DNA of 64,000 bases from Macrostomum lignano. Its lineage: Eukaryota. The stretch is taken from the NCBI GenBank assembly GCA_002269645.1, contig NIVC01000698.1, forward strand, positions 62,001-126,000, read 5' to 3'. Of this stretch, positions 26,601-38,171 are shown piece after piece; positions within the stretch are counted from its first letter, which is position 1, and each line of letters starts with the position of its first letter. Under the pieces are notes generated by a model, which was not told where the DNA came from, ran no database searches, and saw only the letters and a list, made by a program, of their open reading frames with translations. Position numbers and translations under genes: made by a program.

Positions 26601-27229
26601 TTTATGACTTTTTTAAATACCCCAATAAATGGTGAATTCTGGTTCGGGATAGGGAACTAAAGAAAAGGCAAAGCTTTGATGAAAGAAATGTAAATTGCTA
26701 AATAGCTGATAACATTGATAAAGAAAAGACTCAGATGCCTGGCTATAGTTAAGTCCGATATGCATTCAATACATTGCACGATGTCAGTTAGCAAACCCGA
26801 TAAACTTTCCGGGTTATCCAAGGAACTACAAGCCGACAAAAATTATATAAATGGTGTAAATGAATCAGTGGACAATTGCTGCACATAATTAGTCCGCAAA
26901 AATAAGCCAGAAGGAATTAGTAACTGCGAAACAGATTAATCATTAAATACACATTGATTAGCACACGGAAATTGAATGCTTCGTAACTGTAAGCAATTTC
27001 GGAGTTGGAGTCTTATATACTCCGGCTTAATAAAAAGGTAATAAAATATTGAAATGGGTAAACAGGCTGACAACTTAGCAGGCAAAAACATTTGGAAAAC
27101 GACCAAAAAGCACCGAGAATTCGTTGCGATTGAATTTGACAAGAAAAACTTTTAGAAGCAGAAATGAAGTAGCACGATTGGGAAAAATACAAAAATCAAA
27201 TTTATATTGAACGAATTCCTTGGTTTACT

Positions 27230-27875
27230 TGGGAAATGACTGACACACATCCAATATCCAGCTGACAATGAACCTGACAGCCCTGTGACTGAAAACTGAC
27301 ACACACACATCCAGTATCCAGCTGACAATGACCTGACAGCCCTGCGACTAAAAACTGACATACATCCAATATCCAGCTGACAATTACCTGACAGCCCTGC
27401 GACTAAAAACTGACATACATCCAATATCCAGCTGACAATGACCTGACAGCCCTGCGACTAAAAACTGACATACATCCAATATCCAGCTGACAATGACCTG
27501 ACAGCCCTGTGACTAAAAACTGACATACATCCAATATCCAGCTGACAATGACCCTGACAGCCCTGTGACTGAAAACTGACACACATCCAATATCCAGCTG
27601 ACAATGACTCTGACAGCCCTGTGACTGAAAACTGACACACATCCAATATCCAGCTGACAATGACCCTGACAGCCCTGTGACTAAAAACTGACATACATCC
27701 AATATCCAGCTGACAATGACCCTGACAGCCCTGTGACTGAAAACTGACACACATCCAATATCCAGCTGACAATGACTCTGACAGCCCTGTGACTGAAAAC
27801 TGACACACATCCAATATCCAGCTGACAATGACCCTGACAGCCCTGTGACTGGAAACTGACACACATCCAGCTGAT
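27230..27875. repeat. ~56-bp tandem repeat 3' of the G-gamma stop codon
   Basis: Period 56 between 27541 and 27597. Confidence 0.94.
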
Positions 27876-27960
27876 GACCCATTGGACAAAAAGGCCTACA
27901 CTCTAGTGATCCTGAATAGTTGGAAACCTCAACCATTCATGATTCAGTTTCCATAGTTTT

Positions 27961-28164
27961 TCAAAGAACTTCGCAAGACTTTTTCGGACTAAACGGATTA
28001 TCCTTAGTCGGGTTGACTAGAGCGTCCTCATTGGAATGGCTGGTGATGTACTGCACCAGCTCAGGAATGGTGATGGAGGCCCTGACCCGCTGCTGATGAT
28101 AATGTCGCTTCAGGTCTGAGAGCTCGCGCTGAAGTCGGGCGATCTGCTCTTCCCGGTGTGGCAT
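27961..28164 (-). CDS. Heterotrimeric G-protein gamma subunit (GGL domain), 67 aa, intronless CDS
   Basis: MPHREEQIARLQRELSDLKRHYHQQRVRASITIPELVQYITSHSNEDALVNPTKDNPFSPKKSCEVL shows an N-terminal coiled coil, RVRAS, D.LV, NPF and a C-terminal CaaX (CEVL). Confidence 0.9.
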   Translation of the reverse strand: MPHREEQIARLQRELSDLKRHYHQQRVRASITIPELVQYITSHSNEDALVNPTKDNPFSPKKSCEVL

Positions 28165-30563
28165 CACTTTGCTTTGATAATTAATTGGCTCTACAATACA
28201 AGGTAACAATGATTTATGCTTTAAACTTGAGATAGGATAAGGTAGGATGGGATTCTAATCCCAATTCCAAAATCTCAGGAATTCAGTATCTTAAAATTTT
28301 AACAATCATATTTTGCTAGTGCTAAGCTACAAGTATATTGAACATATTGAATATAGCTGTTTGAGACACAACTTTACATTATGAAAATCAATACAGTTGA
28401 GCATTCGCCTCAATGCATGCCATGCTATTTTTTATATCATAGCATATGTTATGACATATCAATAATAATTTAAAACTACTGGGATTCTTTCAACTTCAAG
28501 AAATCTGCAACATATGGTTCTAAGAGGTTTTAATAATATATAGGGTAGGTAGAGATGAGAGCTATTTATATTTAATTTTATTATGATTTTTTGACTGATG
28601 CCAATGAAAATCCCAGTTTTCAATTTGAAATTCTGAATTTTGACCAAGGATGTCAATGGCACTGCCACTATGATTATAATACTTTGTATCCATACCAATG
28701 AGAGTTCAACACCTAAGCAAATTTGGTTGCAACTATCACCCAAAGCTATTCACTATTGATAGAACTTGGCTTTGTTCCAATGCTTGCTACAATTCAATGT
28801 AACGAACGAGCATGGCAGAATTAAAGATTGCCCTTATACTAGAAGCCGACTTGCTACTTGTTAAAAGCTAACAATTAAGCTCTTAGACAATGAAGAATGA
28901 TGATAAAATGGTCCAAGTTGCAAGCTAAATTAGATAAGCACTAAAATACTAGCCAAGCATAAGAAGGCTAAGGCAAGAATATGATTGGGAAAATGAAGAT
29001 TTCTGAAAATAAGAATTTTCAATCTTATTCAATCTTATTTCAAGCAAAAATAAAACATTTTCCTAAGGCACAAAAGAAAGCACTTTAAGAAAAAAGCCAT
29101 GGTTATAGTAGTCACTCCATGCTTATAGATTTAAATAAATAGTAAAAACCTTGATTTGTTTGATTTTAACACATTTGATTAGTTTTAACAAAACTAATAT
29201 CAACTTGATCAAATAATACTATTACTAGAACTAGAATCAGTTTTGATTTTTTTTATAAACAATACAGTGAAGCTTTCTTGTAACTTATAATAAGATAGTA
29301 GGTTAAATAGTCTAATGGTAAATGTATACCCATTGAGAAATAATTGTTTCTTAACTATATCAAATGATACATGAAAAATAAATAGAAACAAATGAAAAAA
29401 TATTTGTCACTTAGTAACAAAAATTTGCTTACTTGACAATTATGGCATACCTAATTATAATATAATTTTAACTATTCCACAACTATGTCTTGTTCTTTTT
29501 GGTATAGTTATATGTTGATTAGCATAATTATATCCTAATTGTGCCAACTATGTCAAAAGACAATTTAAGGAAAATTATAAATTTGTCAATTGAAATAGTA
29601 GTGTCAGTGGCATAGTTAGAAGAATTGTAGATTTTGCTAAGACACTTATTTCCCTATGGGTATATGAAATCAGCTGTGTTGAAATACATTTTAAAATGGA
29701 AGGCTACTAGTAGGGGGCATATTGCATATGGTTTTTTAAACCTAAGCCTAAGGGCACCATAGGGGCCTAACTCTTATTATTATGTCAGTTTGTAACATTA
29801 GTTGTGACAACTAGGCCAATATTTAATTCTGTGTTGGAAGTGGCCAAAAGTTTGAAAAATGTTCAAATTTTTCAACTAATTCAAACATTGCGCAGTAGCA
29901 CTACACTATCAATTTACAAGTATTTAATAAATATCTCAAATGAATAAAAATTGCTAGGACAAGACCAGTAGTTTTCTAGATCTCTTGCCTACCTCCTGCT
30001 TGGCTGCTTGCCACTTGGCGCTATCTCTTTATTCTTTTATCTAATAGTATTTTAGTGCTTTTAGTTGCAATATCCTGAAGGCCAAATGTTGGCTGGCCCT
30101 TGGGTCCAATTTAAATCTTCACAATAGCAATCTAGCCTACTTAATGTTTGTGTCTCTTCTCAGCTCTCTTCCCTTACGTCTCTCTTATTATATTCTATTA
30201 TCTTATCTTCTCCTTTCTTTTCTTCTCCTCTCCTCTCCTCTTATCTCCTCTCCTTTCTTATTAGCTCTTCTCCTCTTTTCTTGACTTCTCTTTACCTCTC
30301 TTTTCTTTTCATTTATCTCCCCTTTCCTCTTTTCTCTCCTATTTTATCCCTCTTCTTGTATACTTTTTTCTCTTTTATTCCTTTGTCTTTCCTTTATCCT
30401 ATGCTTATATTTCTCTTATCTATTCCCTATCTTTTCTCCCTGTAGCCTGCAGTCATCAAGGACTCCTAAGCGCACATTTTGCTTAAGGGGCTTAGCAAAG
30501 AGGATCCAGTAAGGCAGTCATGCCCTATTCTCAATCTGGCCCTTACTATATAGAATGATAGTT

Positions 30564-31136
30564 GGCAATTTTCCTTTTCCATTCATTAAATTATTTTTTC
30601 AATAGAAACGTATTGGTAACATTGTGAAACACTCAAAAATGATGTAACTGAACAGAACAGAACAGAATGAGTGTAGTGTTTACTGGTTGCACTTGAGCAG
30701 GGGGCACAATAAACGTTGGTGCAGCAGGGCATCCAGCCATGTTGTTCAAGATACGATGATCCACACTCAGGAAGGTGTCACATGTGCACGGGAATATATT
30801 TCAGTGTATTTTTGGAGTGTGCGCTATGCGCGAAGCTAAAATATGAATTTGTGCACCGAGGTCTACATTCGTTTATTGACAATTACATAATAGAGTACTA
30901 ATGCGCCCTAGCACTAAAAACTCAGTAAAAGTCCAATTAAAACAAAACTGCGCCATGTGCGCCACTTTGCGCACATTTTTTGTTGATGTGCGCCGGAATT
31001 TTCCATTATAATGTACACCTTCCTGAGTGTGGACGATGATCAGGCTGTTTAGTTACATCATTTTTGAGTGTTTCACAATGTTCCCAATACGTTTCCATTG
31101 AAAAAATAATTTAACGAACGGAAAAGGAAAATTGCC
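30564..31136. mobile_element. Foldback/MULE-like non-autonomous element with long inverted arms
   Basis: 30564-30655 and about 30758-30782 are inverted copies of 31012-31136. Termini are GGC..GCC. Flanks tgatagtt/taatagtt match at 7 of 8 positions. Confidence 0.65.
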
Positions 31137-31266
31137 TAATAGTTATATAGAAGAACTATTATATTAGCTGGTACCTTTAATGGCAATCTTTCGGTTTCCT
31201 GCTCTAAATTATTCAAACCCCTTTTTGAACTCCCTAAGTTCTACATAGGATAGCGAGTCCCGTGAG

Positions 31267-32719
31267 TAGGGGGCGACCCAGTCCCGGGCCCGGGCCCGAA
31301 AAGTCGGGAATCCCGACCAAAATCGTGGCCCGACCCGGGCCCGGGCCCGACCCTAAAAAAGTCGGGAAATCGGGACAAGTCTTTTTTCCCTAAAGGCACT
31401 AACTGCGTGCAAATAAGAATAAAATTATTTTTATTCACAGCACAGCACAACACTCAGTTAAGCATTGCATCAGCACTCAAGACTCAAGCACTGCACGACT
31501 GCAGTAATAGTAATAGATGATATGATGTGAAGTAGCAATATCATTGATTCGTAGTAGGCTCTAAGCGTGAGCGTCTGTGACCGTGAGCGTCAGCCACAGC
31601 CAGTTTCCACTTTCCAGGAAGATCGGATTTTTTCCAGGAAGATAAAATTAAAACATAGTTGATGCAATATTGATTCCACTTTACACGCTGCAGGCTGCAG
31701 GCTAAAAGCAAAAATATGATTCTTTAAAAAGTTGATTTGTCATTTTTAAGCTTTTGTAAATAACATTTCCTATTTACGTTCCAAGAAGTACTTATTAAGG
31801 GCCAAGGCTACCATTTTTCCAAGAAGTTTGCTATCTATCAGAGTTTGTAATCGTGTTCATATTTGTATTGTATTCGTAGGTAGTTGTAGTTGTAGACTCA
31901 GTATCGTATTCGTAATCATATTCGTTTAGGTAGGTAGGTGAGCAGGTAGGCAGGTATCAGCTAATTACTTGTATTTCCATTGTCTGTTTGCCTGTTCTGT
32001 TGAGACAGTTGAGTGTTGTGTTGTGTTGTCACTTCACTTGTGTTCTGTTCTGTTGTCTTGTCTTGTTGTCTTACTGAATACTGACTGTGTACATGGCTCT
32101 TTATATTGAAGCTATGTAAAGGAACTAAAAATTCAAATAAAAGAATCAATCAATTGATTTGGTTCTTACTTCCTTACTGCTTCCAATGCCAAGTGCCTTA
32201 CACTTAATGCTTCAGCTTTTCTTCTTTTTGCTTACTGCCACTGCCAGTGCCAGCCGCACTACCGCAGTGCCTGCTTGCCTACCTCACTGCCTGTTAAGTG
32301 TTAGTGTCACTGTCACTGGCACACACACAGTACTTGTGCCACACAGTGACATTGAATTTGAACTATTGAGTATATTGATATTTGAGTATTAAGTCTTTTA
32401 ATGTAACTCTTATCTATTCTGAAGTCTTAACTAATGTATTAAATAAAAATAATATTTATTATATATTTAATATAATATATTATATTTATATATTATTATA
32501 TATTTAATATATTATATTAGATTTAATATATTAATATATTTATTATATATTTAATAGTAATCCGCATATGCTAAAAGTATTAAGATTTATTATGATTTTT
32601 TTCCAATTATTGAGCTGTCCTAAAGATCTTGTCCCGAATTCCCGAGGCCCGACCCGGGCCCGATTCCTCATTCCCAGGCCCGACCCGGGCCCGACTTTGG
32701 CTGTCCCGGTCGCCCCCTA
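31267..32719. mobile_element. Non-autonomous hAT DNA transposon, 1453 bp
   Basis: 12-bp TIR tagggggcgacc/ggtcgcccccta, perfect 8-bp TSD cccgtgag, subterminal gggcccga repeats at both ends, AT-rich interior without a transposase ORF. Confidence 0.9.
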
Positions 32720-35700
32720 CCCGTGAGCTATATACAAGGTAGGAAAAATTGAAAAAATGTAAAAAAGTATCAACTTTAAAAATGAATAAAATAAAAACTA
32801 TAAACAGAATAAAGAAGCCACAATATAAACTAAAAAGCTGATGAATGCTAATTTCTGGTGAGTGTCTGACTGTTTAAATTGTGCAAGTATGAAAAAAGTT
32901 ACACTTGTTCAAACTTTATACATTTTGTACTTAATTTATAAAATGAAGCCGCCGAAAAATGGGAAAAACATATGCTTCTTCTAGAAAATTGAAAATCATT
33001 GCAAAATTAAAGGACTATAACACAAGGTAGTGAACACAATATAATATAAACATATTTGGCTATAAAAAATTATTTAATTATTATTATATATAGCTGAATT
33101 ATATATTGTATATTATATATTATATAGCTGAATTAGTAGTAACCTCATGCGTACATGTACATAATGTTCAGTATTTCACGACTCCTACGGCACAGAGTTA
33201 CAAACATATTTTACTACTAAAATTAAAAGATTAAAATTGAACTGCTCAACAATTATTTTATGATCTGACCTGCAAACTTCCAACTTGTTCACATCAAATT
33301 ATACTGATTCGTATTCGTGTACATATAATAATAATACACAGTATTCGATTTTATACCAATTAGCTTGTGCCAGCGCGGTTCGAATTGAAGTCAGACAATC
33401 ACACTAATATGCATTATGCATTTATCGCCACCAATACTCGGGCTTGGCTTTTGCTAGTAACATTTTAAAGAATAAAGATCAACCCTGTCGTAATGAAATT
33501 CCATGGTTAGCTAGCATCTCTACCCATAGTGTCCAGCCCAGCAGAAAATCTGCACAAAGACATTGCTCAACTAACTGTTTGTGCCTCATGACAGCATGAG
33601 GGGGTTAATAGCTGTTGCGGAGTATACGAGCGATACATGATAATAAACTTGCTATATCGAATGAACCGCACACAATGAATAAAACATTTTACTGCTCAAG
33701 AATGTATCGTACGTAAGAGTATGTCAGACTATCGGAATCCAGTACATGTACTCGCTTTAAACGCATTTGGTTACCTCGGAAAGGCTCTTTCTTAATTCCT
33801 ACCGAAAGGATCGATGGATATCTTTACGGCCTTGGCGACCTTGAAAGATTTCTGCTCTTTAAAGAAATATAAGCGGGAAGATGCGATAGTTTATTCAGCA
33901 CCAGTATCAAACGATTTACTTCAAGTGTCTCAATTGCCGCGCGTGTATTGTTATTATAGTTAATTAAACATTTTTGATAGATTTTGATTCCAGTCTCAAA
34001 AAACAAAATAATTTTTGGTTTTCATTTTCAAGACACAAAGTTGTAAGAGCGTGCCGTGGGGGTCGGTGATACAGTTACACGTAAGATGCGGATTAAAAGA
34101 CAAAATTACCAGAGTTTAAAACTACAAAAACTGAGGAAAAACGCAATGATATAGTAGTGTGTGCTAGTATAGCACAGCGTAACATGTACGATCTTGGGCT
34201 CGGCAAGCCCCAAAGCCAATGCGCCAATGCGTAAATTTATAATTAATAATATAACGAATTAACCAGTTAAACCAGGCGTCACCAAAACGGGGGTTTTAAT
34301 GAGACGAGCGCCGCACTGCTTAAATCAAATTTGTTTATTGATCAGGCGATTCGCATTCATAGAAAAAAATGCAAACTTGTTTGATATGCCGATCGACAAA
34401 AGAAACATGCAAGCCCTCTTTGCCTGGATATAGTAAAAGGTAGATTATACCGGTGCCAATTGGTGAACTAGATAGTGGACTCATTGCATCGGCTGTTATA
34501 AACTCATACAGCTTTGTTATTTTATTGTTCCCTGCAACTATATTTTGGCTGTCAACTATGCAACAACAAAAACCGATTGCTAGCAATCTGCTATTTTGCA
34601 CACCCGGCAAAATCTGTCAGGCTCCCAAAGCGGCTCAGTGATAAAAAAATGATAGTGCGGCGTACAGACTAAAGCTACAACAAGGATCACAAATAGTAAT
34701 TGCTTTTTGTTTGTCAAGCATGCGCAGTTTTTTTAGTGCCGGTTTTGCTTGCTCAATAACAATTAGTAATAATAACACATATGATGCGCAGTGTGGGGTC
34801 ATTAAACACAAAAAACACAATTAATTACGAGTACAACAAGGAGTTACGCAGAAATAGGGTGGCACATATTCGCAGAAGAAGTCACAAAAATGTTTTTATG
34901 CGTGCGGGAGTGACAAACTTGAAAAGGAGAATTTTTAGTTTGTCAATAATTATTGTCAGTTAAAGGCCGAGCACGTGACGCATTATGAACTATGAGAATT
35001 ATGATGCGCTAAATCTAGAACAAATGACAAAACAACAGGCATGTGTAGATTATAAGCAGTGATTAATCAGAGTAAAAATGTTAATCTATCCCGCCACCCG
35101 ATTACAGAGGGGCGGCAGTTGAACCCGCCAATTAAATTAGAAGCCGCCCCCCCCCACCCCAAAGAGAAGAGAGAACTGAAAGCAGAACAGGGACTCCAAT
35201 AAAATTAATTCAAGATATGAATCTGAAAAATTAGCGTAAAATATATGCCAGTTACTGACCATATAATTGACGAGGTCATGAAAAAATTTATTCAGGATGC
35301 AAAACTACAACAGAACAGACGAACAGAAGTTAGTATTATATAACAGTAGTAAATGGCAGCAATCCGATCTGTCGAAAAAAAGATAATCCTGCTTTGTTTA
35401 AACTCGCCAGAAAAACGCAGATCTCTACAACCAATAGATTTTCGATATAAAATATTCATATAATGATAACAATCAGAAAAGATTTAATTTGACCAATCCA
35501 TGCGATTCAAGAATATGACTGGCGACAGGGACTAACAGGGGGACTACGAAGTCAAGCAATGATTGAGCAATGATAATGAGAGAGAGCGAGAGCGAAAATT
35601 AACGACAGACCAAAGAGAATTAGGTCATTTTTTAAATTAGAAATTATTTAATAAAAGTAGATCAGAGCAATTTTATTCTAGACAGAAAAAGGCACAGAAG

Positions 35701-38171
35701 TAAAATCGCGAAGAGAATAGAGCTGGCTGATTATTGCTGCGCGCATCTGATGTACCATTCAAATCTATTTATTAACCGTTCAACACGCAAGTGTGTGATT
35801 TAGTCAGTAGTATAAGTCGAGGTTAAACTATTTAAAGTTATTCGGCGCCAGAAGCAGCTGTGCGTGAACTAAACTGAACGAACGCTGACTGTGAAAAATT
35901 GTGCTGATCTGTTAAATTTTCAACCCCAACTCCGCCTTGGCCGCCTACAGTCAGCAAAAGTTATTTTGCCCCTCGCTATCGCGGCACTGCAAAGCGCGAG
36001 CACTGAGCAGCAGAGAACGTGCGCTGGCTGGGGGTAAAATGCAACTGGCGCTGCTTGGGGGGGGGGGTTCTAAAAAACGCGCAAAGCCAAGGCTTCTCAG
36101 TCACTTGAGAGTGAGAGAGCAAGGAGGGGGTTGGCCATGCATGAGGGGAGCCGCGGTGTGCCAGGCTGCAGATAAGAAATCGCCTGGCTTTGACTTTAAG
36201 GCGGAGGAAGGGGCGGGCCGGTTTCAGCTGACTCTGCCTGGCTACTGAATACAAGTTGAAGTCAAATAAGGTAGACAAGAAATCGCCCCCCGCCAGTGGG
36301 TTGCTAAAGGACTTAACACTGCTAGCTGCCTAGACTGGGCTGGAGAGCGAAACTGCCAAGTCATATTCGCTAAGCGCCTTTATTGTCTAAATTCGACTGT
36401 TAGAGAAGCCTGCGCCTCCCAACAAATGCTAGAATAAAAGCTCCAGACTTTTCAGGGGAGCGGGGCTGGGGCCGGGAGGGAGACAGAGAGACAGCTGAGC
36501 AGGATCGATAGCAACTCGCCCCAGCTGGAATCCTAACAGACAGCGGACATGACGGGAGGCCGGGCACACTGTACAGCTGTTGTGCCGGCAGCGCAGCCAC
36601 CTAGATCAACAGAAACAAAACCGCACGAGGGGCAAGAAAAAATGCCCCATGACTATAGAGCAGAGCTGGCTAGCGCCAATATCCGGAGTGCGCCTTAAAC
36701 AGCGCTACTGTTATTTGCATGGGATTTAACTCCGCTATAGAACTAGTGCAGCTCAGCAACTATTGTAGGCATTATTACATTCTAATTCTGTAAAAGTTAG
36801 CTTCCGCCCGCCCTTCAATTTGCTACCAGTTTCATTCCCCAGCTAACTAAAGCTGAATATCTCCCCAGGCTCGGGCATTGTTCATCGCCCGCCCACCTTC
36901 TCTCGCGCGTGCACTGCAGCCTTTCTAGACAAGTGCCTCAGCCAGCCCTAGCAGCTAGTTGAATGAAGCAAAACCCGAACAGGCAGATGCGCGGGAGATG
37001 AGGCAAATTTTCAGACGGGGAGCTGAAAGGGGAGAGGGAAGCGTCAGTGTACTGCCTGAAGAACAATGGGCAACTCATTTCATTCTCTTCCCATCGCAAC
37101 AGAGACAGGGAGCTTGTACAGGATGCGGCATACGGAGAAAAGGTCGCCTCAAAGCCCTGGGAATTCTCTCCCTACTACCCATCCCACCCACCTCCCCATC
37201 GTATGTTTTGATAGCCGTAGCTAAGACAGTGGCAAGGGCAACAATGAGAAAACAGTGACATTTTCAAGCCCCTAGGCGGCGGCGATAAAAAAACAACACT
37301 AAAAAAACCCTATCAACGAAATTCCTCTCCCAGCAGATTAGGCCACCTAATCTACATATTTTGAAGAATTCCAACACAACTAACTAAAGAAAGCCTGACG
37401 AGCAATAGAGAGAAATAAATGGGTGGACAATAGAGTTGAGAATAGAGAAAGAAGTGTGCATGCCGCACGGGGGCGCAGCAGCGCAGTCGCATGACGCACA
37501 AGGCCAAGGCCTGCAACTAGATAACTATTAGGAAATTTGCTAGTCACGCTGCGAACTGCAATGGCAAGAAAAACAGCCGGCTCTGGCTTTGCAGCTGGCT
37601 TGTGTTGCACACAGCTAATCTAAAACTTGCATATAGCATAGGCGCCACGTGCGTTCTACACACCTCACCCTGTCCCTACAGGAGCAGCTTTAGAGGCGCA
37701 GTGTACGCTGAGCAGTTCTGTTTCCATTTACGGCAATCCATAAAGCCAGTGCACAATGCTGCATGCTACAGTATATATAGTATTATTAATAATTCTTTTA
37801 TAATAATAAAATCATCTAACAATGAGCGCAGATATTGGCTAAGACAACAGAATGCAACATGTTCTATTTCTTCAATTGTTGTTTGCTGTTTTGCTGGATG
37901 GAAACAAAATTGGGCATAAAGAGGGAAAACCAAAACGATTTTGAAGGGTTGAAAATTTGTATGAAGGAAAATTAGATGAGAAGCATTTTCATAAGTAATG
38001 AAGTTGAGTCGTATCACACTGTAAATAATGAGTCTGTGTTTACTGAATTTTTTGTCTTAATTTTCAAGTGCAAATCATTATTTAACCGCCACCCAGCGAA
38101 GCGAGAAAAAACAATTGTTATTCTAGGTTTGCCTTCCAGTTATTAGTGCTTGATATAATAATTAATTATGA

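Noticed and set aside
12072-27875. CRISPR-like appearance of 29-56-bp repeat arrays
   Set aside because: Units are directly adjacent with no unique spacers, there are no cas genes, and the context is eukaryotic.
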